From Nemertoderma westbladi (taxonomy: Eukaryota; Animalia; Xenacoelomorpha): a stretch of DNA of 64,000 nt. The DNA is taken from the NCBI GenBank assembly GCA_032718475.1, contig JAUCBJ010000331.1:1-64000 (forward strand), given 5' to 3'. This document shows positions 12,266 to 25,700 of this stretch, piece by piece. The translations under genes and the position numbers were made by a program. The notes beneath the pieces are model-generated. The model ran no database searches, was not told where the DNA came from, and saw only the letters and a program-made list of their open reading frames with translations. The number at the start of each line of letters is the position of its first letter. Position 1 is the first letter of the stretch.

Positions 12266-15200
12266 GTGAGTGAACGGAATGGCGAAACATCGGTGTGCAA
12301 CAGGTGAGTGAATGGAATGGCGAAACTTCGGTGTGCAGCAGGTGAGTGAACGGAATGGCGAAACATCGGTGTGCAACAGGTGAGTGAACGGAATGGCGAA
12401 ACATCGGTGTGCAACAGGTGAGTGAACGGAATGGCGAAACATCGGTGTGCAGCAGGTGAGTGAACGGAATGGCGAAACATCGGTGTGCAACAGGTGAGTG
12501 AACGGAATGGCGAAACATTGGTGTGCAACAGGTGAGTGAATGGAATGGCGAAACATCGGTGTGCAGCAGGTGAGTGAACGGAATGGCGAAACATCGGTGT
12601 GCAGCAGGTGAGTGAACGGAATGGCGAAACATCGGTGTGCAGCAGGTGAGTGAACGGAGTGGCGAAACATCGGTGTGCAACAGGTGAGTGAACGGAATGG
12701 CGAAACATTGGTGTGCAACAGGTGAGTGAACGGAATGGCGAAACATCGGTGTGCAACAGGTGAGTGAACGGAATGGCGAAACATTGGTGTGCAACAGGTG
12801 AGTGAACGGAATGGCGAAACATCGGTGTGCAGCAGGTGAGTGAACGGAATGGCGAAACATTGGTGTGCAACAGGTGAGTGAATGGAATGGCGAAACATCG
12901 GTGTGCAGCAGGTGAGTGAACGGAATGGCGAAACATCGGTGTGCAGCAGGTGAGTGAACGGAATGGCGAAACATCGGTGTGCAGCAGGTGAGTGAACGGA
13001 ATGGCGAAACATTGGTGTGCAACAGGTGAGTGAACGGAATGGCGAAACATCGGTGTGCAACAGGTGAGTGAACGGAGTGGCGAAACATCGGTGTGCAGCA
13101 GGTGAGTGAACGGAATGGCGAAACATCGGTGTGCAGCAGGTGAGTGAACGGAATGGCGAAACATTGGTGTGCAACAGGTGAGTGAACGGAATGGCGAAAC
13201 ATCGGTGTGCAGCAGGTGAGTGAACGGAATGGCGAAACATCGGTGTGCAACAGGTGAGTGAACGGAATGGCGAAACATCGGTGTGCAACAGGTGAGTGAA
13301 CGGAATGGCGAAACATCGGTGTGCAACAGGTGAGTGAACGGAATGGCGAAACATTGGTGTGCAACAGGTGAGTGAACGGAGTGGCGAAACATCGGTGTGC
13401 AGCAGGTGAGTGAACGGAATGGCGAAACATCGGTGTGCAGCAGGTGAGTGAACGGAATGGCGAAACATTGGTGTGCAACAGGTGAGTGAACGGAATGGCG
13501 AAACATCGGTGTGCAGCAGGTGAGTGAACGGAATGGCGAAACATCGGTGTGCAACAGGTGAGTGAACGGAATGGCGAAACATCGGTGTGCAACAGGTGAG
13601 TGAACGGAATGGCGAAACATCGGTGTGCAACAGGTGAGTGAACGGAATGGCGAAACATCGGTGTGCAACAGGTGAGTGAACGGAATGGCGAAACATTGGT
13701 GTGCAACAGGTGAGTGAACGGAGTGGCGAAACATCGGTGTGCAGCAGGTGAGTGAACGGAATGGCGAAACATCGGTGTGCAGCAGGTGAGTGAACGGAAT
13801 GGCGAAACATTGGTGTGCAACAGGTGAGTGAACGGAATGGCGAAACATCGGTGTGCAGCAGGTGAGTGAACGGAATGGCGAAACATCGGTGTGCAACAGG
13901 TGAGTGAACGGAATGGCGAAACATCGGTGTGCAACAGGTGAGTGAACGGAATGGCGAAACATCGGTGTGCAACAGGTGAGTGAACGGAATGGCGAAACAT
14001 TGGTGTGCAACAGGTGAGTGAACGGAGTGGCGAAACATCGGTGTGCAGCAGGTGAGTGAACGGAATGGCGAAACATCGGTGTGCAACAGGTGAGTGAACG
14101 GAATGGCGAAACATCGGTGTGCAGCAGGTGAGTGAACGGAGTGGAGAAACATTGGTGTGCAACAGGTGAGTGAACGGAATGGCGAAACATCGGTGTGCAA
14201 CAGGTGAGTGAACGGAATGGCGAAACATCGGTGTGCAACAGGTGAGTGAACGGAATGGCGAAACATTGGTGTGCAACAGGTGAGTGAACGGAGTGGCGAA
14301 ACATCGGTGTGCAGCAGGTGAGTGAACGGAATGGCGAAACATCGGTGTGCAGCAGGTGAGTGAACGGAATGGCGAAACATTGGTGTGCAACAGGTGAGTG
14401 AACGGAATGGCGAAACATCGGTGTGCAACAGGTGAGTGAACGGAATGGCGAAACATCGGTGTGCAACAGGTGAGTGAACGGAATGGCGAAACATCGGTGT
14501 GCAACAGGTGAGTGAACGGAATGGCGAAACATCGGTGTGCAACAGGTGAGTGAACGGAATGGCGAAACATCGGTGTGCAACAGGTGAGTGAACGGAATGG
14601 CGAAACATCGGTGTGCAACAGGTGAGTGAACGGAATGGCGAAACATTGGTGTGCAACAGGTGAGTGAACGGAATGGCGAAACATCGGTGTGCAGCAGGTG
14701 AGTGAACGGAGTGGCGAAACATCGGTGTGCAGCAGGTGAGTGAACGGAATGGCGAAACATCGGTGTGCAGCAGGTGAGTGAACGGAATGGCGAAACATTG
14801 GTGTGCAACAGGTGAGTGAACGGAATGGCGAAACATCGGTGTGCAGCAGGTGAGTGAACGGAATGGCGAAACATCGGTGTGCAGCAGGTGAGTGAACGGA
14901 ATGGCGAAACATTGGTGTGCAACAGGTGAGTGAACGGAATGGCGAAACATCGGTGTGCAGCAGGTGAGTGAACGGAATGGCGAAACATCGGTGTGCAACA
15001 GGTGAGTGAACGGAATGGCGAAACATCGGTGTGCAGCAGGTGAGTGAACGGAATGGCGAAACATCGGTGTGCAACAGGTGAGTGAACGGAATGGCGAAAC
15101 ATCGGTGTGCAGCAGGTGAGTGAACGGAATGGCGAAACATCGGTGTGCAGCAGGTGAGTGAACGGAATGGCGAAACATCGGTGTGCAACAGGTGAGTGAA

Positions 15201-18200
15201 CGGAATGGCGAAACATCGGTGTGCAGCAGGTGAGTGAACGGAATGGCGAAACATCGGTGTGCAGCAGGTGAGTGAACGGAATGGCGAAACATCGGTGTGC
15301 AGCAGGTGAGTGAACGGAATGGCGAAACATCGGTGTGCAGCAGGTGAGTGAACGGAATGGCGAAACATCGGTGTGCAGCAGGTGAGTGAACGGAATGGCG
15401 AAACATTGGTGTGCAACAGGTGAGTGAACGGAATGGCGAAACATCGGTGTGCAGCAGGTGAGTGAACGGAATGGCGAAACATCGGTGTGCAGCAGGTGAG
15501 TGAACGGAGTGGCGAAACATCGGTGTGCAACAGGTGAGTGAACGGAATGGCGAAACATCGGTGTGCAACAGGTGAGTGAACGGAATGGCGAAACATTGGT
15601 GTGCAACAGGTGAGTGAACGGAATGGCGAAACATCGGTGTGCAGCAGGTGAGTGAACGGAATGGCGAAACATCGGTGTGCAGCAGGTGAGTGAACGGAAT
15701 GGCGAAACATTGGTGTGCAACAGGTGAGTGAACGGAATGGCGAAACATCGGTGTGCAGCAGGTGAGTGAACGGAATGGCGAAACATCGGTGTGCAACAGG
15801 TGAGTGAACGGAATGGCGAAACATCGGTGTGCAGCAGGTGAGTGAACGGAATGGCGAAACATCGGTGTGCAACAGGTGAGTGAACGGAATGGCGAAACAT
15901 CGGTGTGCAACAGGTGAGTGAACGGAATGGCGAAACATCGGTGTGCAACAGGTGAGTGAACGGAATGGCGAAACATTGGTGTGCAACAGGTGAGTGAACG
16001 GAGTGGCGAAACATCGGTGTGCAGCAGGTGAGTGAACGGAATGGCGAAACATCGGTGTGCAACAGGTGAGTGAACGGAATGGCGAAACATCGGTGTGCAG
16101 CAGGTGAGTGAACGGAGTGGCGAAACATCGGTGTGCAGCAGGTGAGTGAACGGAATGGCGAAACATCGGTGTGCAGCAGGTGAGTGAACGGAATGGCGAA
16201 ACATTGGTGTGCAACAGGTGAGTGAACGGAATGGCGAAACATCGGTGTGCAGCAGGTGAGTGAACGGAATGGCGAAACATCGGTGTGCAGCAGGTGAGTG
16301 AACGGAATGGCGAAACATCGGTGTGCAACAGGTGAGTGAACGGAATGGCGAAACATCGGTGTGCAGCAGGTGAGTGAACGGAGTGGCGAAACATCGGTGT
16401 GCAACAGGTGAGTGAACGGAGTGGCGAAACATCGGTGTGCAGCAGGTGAGTGAACGGAATGGCGAAACATCGGTGTGCAGCAGGTGAGTGAACGGAATGG
16501 CGAAACATTGGTGTGCAACAGGTGAGTGAACGGAATGGCGAAACATCGGTGTGCAGCAGGTGAGTGAACGGAATGGCGAAACATCGGTGTGCAGCAGGTG
16601 AGTGAACGGAATGGCGAAACATCGGTGTGCAACAGGTGAGTGAACGGAATGGCGAAACATTGGTGTGCAACAGGTGAGTGAACGGAATGGCGAAACATCG
16701 GTGTGCAGCAGGTGAGTGAACGGAATGGCGAAACATTGGTGTGCAACAGGTGAGTGAACGGAATGGCGAAACATCGGTGTGCAACAGGTGAGTGAACGGA
16801 GTGGCGAAACATCGGTGTGCAGCAGGTGAGTGAACGGAATGGCGAAACATCGGTGTGCAGCAGGTGAGTGAACGGAATGGCGAAACATCGGTGTGCAACA
16901 GGTGAGTGAACGGAATGGCGAAACATTGGTGTGCAACAGGTGAGTGAACGGAATGGCGAAACATCGGTGTGCAGCAGGTGAGTGAACGGAATGGCGAAAC
17001 ATTGGTGTGCAACAGGTGAGTGAACGGAATGGCGAAACATCGGTGTGCAGCAGGTGAGTGAACGGAATGGCGAAACATCGGTGTGCAACAGGTGAGTGAA
17101 CGGAGTGGCGAAACATCGGTGTGCAACAGGTGAGTGAACGGAATGGCGAAACATCGGTGTGCAGCAGGTGAGTGAACGGAATGGCGAAACATTGGTGTGC
17201 AACAGGTGAGTGAACGGAATGGCGAAACATCGGTGTGCAGCAGGTGTGTTAACGGAGTGGCGAAACATCGGTGTGCAACAGGTGAGTGAACGGAATGGCG
17301 AAACATCGGTGTGCAACAGGTGAGTGAACGGAGTGGCGAAACATCGGTGTGCAGCAGGTGAGTGAACGGAGTGGCGAAACATCGGTGTGCAGCAGGTGAG
17401 TGAACGGAATGGCGAAACATCGGTGTGCAGCAGGTGAGTGAACGGAATGGCGAAACATCGGTGTGCAGCAGGTGAGTGAACGGAATGGCGAAACATCGGT
17501 GTGCAACAGGTGAGTGAACGGAATGGCGAAACATCGGTGTGCAGCAGGTGAGTGAACGGAATGGCGAAACATCGGTGTGCAACAGGTGAGTGAACGGAAT
17601 GGCGAAACATCGGTGTGCAACAGGTGAGTGAACGGAATGGCGAAACATCGGTGTGCAACAGGTGAGTGAACGGAATGGCGAAACATCGGTGTGCAACAGG
17701 TGAGTGAACGGAATGGCGAAACATCGGTGTGCAACAGGTGAGTGAACGGAATGGCGAAACATCGGTGTGCAGCAGGTGAGTGAACGGAATGGCGAAACAT
17801 TGGTGTGCAACAGGTGAGTGAACGGAATGGCGAAACATCGGTGTGCAGCAGGTGAGTGAACGGAATGGCGAAACATCGGTGTGCAACAGGTGAGTGAACG
17901 GAATGGCGAAACATCGGTGTGCAGCAGGTGAGTGAACGGAATGGCGAAACATCGGTGTGCAACAGGTGAGTGAACGGAATGGCGAAACATCGGTGTGCAA
18001 CAGGTGAGTGAATGGAATGGCGAAACATCGGTGTGCAACAGGTGAGTGAACGGAATGGCGAAACATCGGTGTGCAACAGGTGAGTGAACGGAGTGGCGAA
18101 ACATCGGTGTGCAACAGGTGAGTGAACGGAGTGGCGAAACATCGGTGTGCAACAGGTGAGTGAACGGAGTGGCGAAACATTGGTGTGCAACAGGTGAGTG

Positions 18201-19729
18201 AACGGAGTGGCGAAACATCGGTGTGCAACAGGTGAGTGAACGGAGTGGCGAAACATCGGTGTGCAACAGGTGAGTGAACGGAGTGGCGAAACATCGGTGT
18301 GCAGCAGGTGAGTGAACGGAATGGCGAAACATCGGTGTGCAACAGGTGAGTGAACGGAATGGCGAAACATCGGTGTGCAGCAGGTGAGTGAACGGAATGG
18401 CGAAACATCGGTGTGCAACAGGTGAGTGAACGGAATGGCGAAACATCGGTGTGCAACAGGTGAGTGAACGGAATGGCGAAACATCGGTGTGCAACAGGTG
18501 AGTGAACGGAGTGGCGAAACATTGGTGTGCAACAGGTGAGTGAACGGAGTGGCGAAACATCGGTGTGCAACAGGTGAGTGAACGGAGTGGCGAAACATCG
18601 GTGTGCAACAGGTGAGTGAACGGAGTGGCGAAACATCGGTGTGCAGCAGGTGAGTGAACGGAATGGCGAAACATCGGTGTGCAACAGGTGAGTGAACGGA
18701 ATGGCGAAACATCGGTGTGCAACAGGTGAGTGAACGGAGTGGCGAAACATTGGTGTGCAACAGGTGAGTGAACGGAGTGGCGAAACATCGGTGTGCAACA
18801 GGTGAGTGAACGGAGTGGCGAAACATCGGTGTGCAACAGGTGAGTGAACGGAGTGGCGAAACATCGGTGTGCAGCAGGTGAGTGAACGGAATGGCGAAAC
18901 ATCGGTGTGCAACAGGTGAGTGAACGGAATGGCGAAACATCGGTGTGCAACAGGTGAGTGAACGGAGTGGCGAAACATTGGTGTGCAACAGGTGAGTGAA
19001 CGGAGTGGCGAAACATCGGTGTGCAACAGGTGAGTGAACGGAGTGGCGAAACATCGGTGTGCAACAGGTGAGTGAACGGAGTGGCGAAACATCGGTGTGC
19101 AGCAGGTGAGTGAACGGAATGGCGAAACTTCGGTGTGCAGCAGGTGAGTGAACGGAATGGCGAAACATCGGTGTGCAACAGGTGAGTGAACGGAATGGCG
19201 AAACATCGGTGTGCAACAGGTGAGTGAACGGAATGGCGAAACATCGGTGTGCAACAGGTGAGTGAACGGAGTGGCGAAACATTGGTGTGCAACAGGTGAG
19301 TGAACGGAGTGGCGAAACATCGGTGTGCAACAGGTGAGTGAACGGAGTGGCGAAACATCGGTGTGCAGCAGGTGAGTGAACGGAATGGCGAAACATTGGT
19401 GTGCAACAGGTGAGTGAACGGAATGGCGAAACATCGGTGTGCAACAGGTGAGTGAACGGAGTGGCGAAACATTGGTGTGCAACAGGTGAGTGAACGGAGT
19501 GGCGAAACATCGGTGTGCAACAGGTGAGTGAACGGAGTGGCGAAACATCGGTGTGCAACAGGTGAGTGAACGGAGTGGCGAAACATCGGTGTGCAGCAGG
19601 TGAGTGAACGGAATGGCGAAACATTGGTGTGCAACAGGTGAGTGAACGGAATGGCGAAACATCGGTGTGCAGCAGGTGAGTGAACGGAGTGGCGAAACAT
19701 TGGTGTGCAACAGGTGAGTGAACGGAATG
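12235..19729 (+). repeat. 38-bp satellite made of the last 31 nt of CKS exon 2 plus the first 7 nt of intron 2; 197 full units and a partial unit
   Basis: Unit AACGGA(A/G)TGGCGAAACAT(C/T)GGTGTGCA(A/G)CAG|GTGAGTG. The distance 19721-12235 = 7486 = 197 x 38, so there is no net indel. Confidence 0.97.
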
Positions 19730-19731
19730 AG

Positions 19732-22700
19732 TGATCCTACTTACCTACTTATGATCCTACTCAGCTACTTATGATCCTACTTACCTACTTATGATCCTAC
19801 TTACCTACTTATGATCCTACTTACCTACTTATGATCCTACTTACCTACTTATGATCCTACTTACCTACTTATGATCCTACTTACCTACTTATGATCCTAC
19901 TTACCTACTTATGATCCTACTTACCTACTTATGATCCTACTTACCTACTTATGATCCTACTCAGCTACTTATGATCCTACTTACCTACTTATGATCCTAC
20001 TTACCTACTTATGATCCTACTCAGCTACTTATGATCCTACTTACCTACTTATGATCCTACTCAGCTACTTATGATCCTACTTACCTACTTATGATCCTAC
20101 TCATCTACTTATGATCCTACTTACCTACTTATGATCCTACTTACCTACTTATGATCCTACTCTGCTACTTATGATCCTACTTACCTACTTATGATCCTAC
20201 TTACCTACTTATGATCCTACTTACCTACTTATGATCCTACTTACCTACTTATGATCCTAATTACCTACTTATGATCCTACTTACCTACTTATGATCCTAC
20301 TTACCTACTTATGATCCTACTCAGCTACTTATGATCCTACTTACCTACTTATGATCCTACTTACCTACTTATGATCCTACTCAGCTACTTATGATCCTAC
20401 TTACCTACTTATGATCCTACTTACCTACTTATGATCCTACTTACCTACTTATGATCCTACTTACCTACTTATGATCCTACTTACCTACTTATGATCCTAC
20501 TTACCTACTTATGATCCTACTCTGCTACTTATGATCCTACTTACCTACTTATGATCCTACTTACCTACTTATGATCCTACTTACCTACTTATGATCCTAC
20601 TTACATACTTATGATCCTACTTACCTACTTATGATCCTACTCAGCTACTTATGATCCTACTTACCTACTTATGATCCTACCCAGCTACTTATGATCCTAC
20701 TCAGCTACTTATGATCCTACATTCCTACTTATGATCCTACTCAGCTACTTATGATCCTACTTACCTACTTATGATCCTACTCAGCTACTTATGATCCTAC
20801 TTACCTACTTATGATCCTACGTACCTACTTATGATCCTACTCAGCTACTTATGATCCTACTTACCTACTTATGATCCTACTCAGCTACTTATGATCCTAC
20901 TTACCTACTTATGATCCTACTTACCTACTTATGATCCTACTCATCTACTTATGATCCTACTTACCTACTTATGATCCTACTTATGATCCTACTTACCTAC
21001 TTATGATCCTACTTACCTACTTATGATCCTACTTACCTACTTATGATCCTACTTACCTACTTATGATCCTACTTACCTACTTATGATCCTACTTACCTAC
21101 TTATGATCCTACTTACCTACTTATGATCCTACTTACCTACTTATGATCCTACTTACCTACTTATGATCATACTTACCTACTTATGATCCTACTTACCTAC
21201 TTATGATCCTACTTACCTACTTATGATCCTACTTACCTACTTATGATCCTACTTACCTACTTATGATCCTACTTACCTACTTATGATCCTACTTACCTAC
21301 TTATGATCCTACTCATCTACTTATGATCCTAATTACCTACTTATGATCCTACTCATCTACATATGATCCTACTTACCTACATATGATCCTACTTACCTAC
21401 TTATGATCCTACTTACCTACTTATGATCCTACTTACCTACTTATGATCCTACTTACCTACTTATGATCCTACTTACCTACTTATGATCCTACTTACCTAC
21501 TTATGATCCTACTTACCTACTTATGATCCTACTTACCTACTTATGATCCTACTTACCTACTTATGATCCTACTTACCTACTTATGATCCTACTTACCTAC
21601 TTATGATCCTACTTACCTACTTATGATCCTACTTAGCTACTTATGATCCTACTTACCTACTTATGATCCTACTTACCTACTTATGATCCTACTTACCTAC
21701 TTATGATCCTACTTACCTACTTATGATCCTACTTACCTACTTATGATCCTACTTACCTACTTATGATCCTACTTACCTACTTATGATCCTACTTACCTAC
21801 TTATGATCCTACTTACCTACTTATAATCCTACTTACCTACTTATGATCCTACTTACCTACTTATGATCCTACTTACCTACTTATGATCCCACTTACCTAC
21901 TTATGATCCTACTTACCTACTTATGATCCTACTTACCTACTTATGATCCTACTCAGCTACTTATGATCCTACTTACCTACTTATGATCCTACTTACCTAC
22001 TTATGATCCTACACAGCTACTTATGATCCTACTTACCTACTTATGATCCTACTTACCTACTTATGATCCTACTTACCTACTTATGATCCTACTTACCTAC
22101 TTATGATCCTACTTACCTACTTATGATCCTACTTACCTACTTATGATCCTACTTACCTACTTATGATCCTACTTACCTACTTATGATCCTACTTACCTAC
22201 TTATGATCCTACTTACCTACTTATGATCCTACTTACCTACTTATGATCCTACTCACCTACTTATGATCCTACTTACCTACTTATGATCCTACTTACCTAC
22301 TTATGATCCTACTTACCTACTTATGATCCTACTTACCTACTTATGATCCTACTTACCTACTTATGATCCTACTTACCTACTTATGATCCTACTCACCTAC
22401 TTATGATCCTACTTACCTACTTATGATCCTACTTACCTACTTATGATCCCACTTACCTACTTATGATCCTACTTACCTACTTATGATCCTACTTACCTAC
22501 TTATGATCCTACTTACCTACTTATGATCCTACTCAGCTACTTATGATCCTACTCAGCTACTTATGATCCTACTTACCTACTTATGATCCTACTTACCTAC
22601 TTATGATCCTACTTACCTACTTATGATCCTACTTACCTACTTATGATCCTACTTACCTACTTATGATCCTACTTACCTACTTATGATCCTACTTACCTAC

Positions 22701-25700
22701 TTATGATCCTACTCAGCTACTTATGATCCTACTCAGCTACTTATGATCCTACTTACCTACTTATGATCCTACTTACCTACTTATGATCCTACTTACCTAC
22801 TTATGATCCTACTTACCTACTTATGATCCTACTTACCTACTTATGATCCTACTTACCTACTTATGATCCTACTTACCTACTTATGATCCTACTCAGCTAC
22901 TTATGATCCTACTTACCGACTTATGATCCTACTCAGCTACTTATGATCCTACTTACCTACTTATGATCCTACTTACCTACTTATGATCCTACTTACCTAC
23001 TTATGATCCTACTTACCTACTTATGATCCTACTTACCTACTTATGATCCTACTTACCTACTTATGATCCTACTTACCTACTTATGATCCTACTTACCTAC
23101 TTATGATCCTACTTACCTACTTATGATCCTACTTACCTACTTATGATCCTACTTACCTACTTATGATCCTACTTACCTACTTATGATCCTACACAGCTAC
23201 TTATGATCCTACTTACCTACTTATGATCCTACTTACCTACTTATGATCCTACTTACCTACTTATGATCCTACTTACCTACTTATGATCCTACTTACCTAC
23301 TTATGATCCTACTTACCTACTTATGATCCTACTTACCTACTTATGATCCTACTTACCTACTTATGATCCTACTTACCTACTTATGATCCTACTTACCTAC
23401 TTATGATCCTACTTACCTACTTATGATCCTACTCAGCTACTTATGATCCTACTTACCTACTTATGATCCTACTTACCTACTTATGATCCTACTTACCTAC
23501 TTATGATCCTACTTACCTACTTATGATCCTACTTACCTACTTATGATCCTACTTACCTACTTATGATCCTACTTACCTACTTATGATCCTACTTACCTAC
23601 TTATGATCCTACTCAGCTACTTATGATCCTACTTACCGACTTATGATCCTACTCAGCTACTTATGATCCTACTTACCTACTTATGATCCTACTTACCTAC
23701 TTATGATCCTACTTACCTACTTATGATCCTACTTACCTACTTATGATCCTACTTACATACTTATGATCCTACTTACCTACTTATGATCCTACTTACCTAC
23801 TTATGATCCTACTCAGCTACTTATGATCCTACTTACCTACTTATGATCCTACTCAGCTACTTATGATCCTACTTACCTACTTATGATCCTACATACCTAC
23901 TTATGATCCTACTCAGCTACTTATGATCCTACTTACCTACTTATGATCCTACTTACCTACTTATGATCCTACTCAGCTACTTATGATCCTACTTACCTAC
24001 TTATGATCCTACTTACCTACTTATGATCCTACTTACCTACTTATGATCCTACTTACATACTTATGATCCTACTTACCTACTTATGATCCTACTTACCTAC
24101 TTATGATCCTACTTACCTACTTATGATCCTACTTACCTACTTATGATCCTACTCATCTACTTATGATCCTACTTACCTACTTATGATCCTACTTAGGATC
24201 CTACTTACCTACTTATGATCCTACTTACCTACTTATGATCCTACTTACCTACTTATGATCCTACTTACCTACTTATGATCCTACTTACCTACTTATGATC
24301 CTACTTACCTACTTATGATCCTACTTACCTACTTATGATCCTACTTACCTACTTATGATCCTACTTACCTACTTATGATCCTACTTACCTACTTATGATC
24401 CTACTTACCTACTTATGATCCTACTTACCTACTTATGATCCTACTTACCTACTTATGATCCTACTTACCTACTTATGATCCTACTCAGCTACTTATGATC
24501 CTACTTACCTACTTATGATCCTACTCAGCTACTTATGATCCTACTTACCTACTTATGATCCTACATACCTACTTATGATCCTACTCAGCTACTTATGATC
24601 CTACTTACCTACTTATGATCCTACTTACCTACTTATGATCCTACTCAGCTACTTATGATCCTACTTACCTACTTATGATCCTACTTACCTACTTATGATC
24701 CTACTTACCTACTTATGATCCTACTTACATACTTATGATCCTACTTACCTACTTATGATCCTACTTACCTACTTATGATCCTACTTACCTACTTATGATC
24801 CTACTTACCTACTTATGATCCTACTCATCTACTTATGATCCTACTTACCTACTTATGATCCTATTTAGGATCCTACTTACCTACTTATGATCCTACTTAC
24901 CTACTTATGATCCTACTTACCTACTTATGATCCTACTTACCTACTTATGATCCTACTTACCTACTTATGATCCTACTTACCTACTTATGATCCTACTTAC
25001 CTACTTATGATCCTACTTACCTACTTATGATCCTACTTACCTACTTATGATCCTACTTACCTACTTATGATCCTACTTACCTACTTATGATCCTACTTAC
25101 CTACTTATGATCCTACTCATCTACTTATGATCCTACTTACCTACTTATGATCCTACTCATCTACTTATGATCCTACTTACCTACTTATGATCCTACTCAG
25201 CTACTTATGATCCTACTTACCTACTTATGATCCTACTTACCTACTTATGATCCTACTTACCTACTTATGATCCTACTTACCTACTTATGATCCTACTTAC
25301 CTACTTATGATCCTACTTACCTACTTATGATCCTACTTACCTACTTATGATCCTACTCAGCTACTTATGATCCTACTTACCCACTTATGATCCTACTTAC
25401 CTACTTATGATCCTACTTACCTACTTATGATCCTACTTACCTACTTATGATCCTACTTACCTACTTATGATCCTACTCAGCTACTTATGATCCTACTTAC
25501 CTACTTATGATTCTACTTACCTACTTATGATCCTACTCAGCTACTTATGATCCTACTTACCTACTTATGATCCTACTTACCTACTTATGATCCTACTTAT
25601 CTACTTATGATCCTACTTACCTACTTATGATCCTACTTACCTACTTATGATCCTACTTACCTACTTATGATCCTACTTACCTACTTATGATCCTACTTAC

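Noticed and set aside
12169-19710. Giant minus-strand ORFs (2513, 2499, 1668 and 791 aa) open in all three frames
   Set aside because: They arise because the reverse complement of the 38-bp unit has no stop codon. The repeat derives from the + strand CKS exon, and its variants are silent in that frame.
12235-19729. CRISPR-like array (repeat length of 38 bp)
   Set aside because: There are no unique spacers and no cas genes, and the context is eukaryotic.
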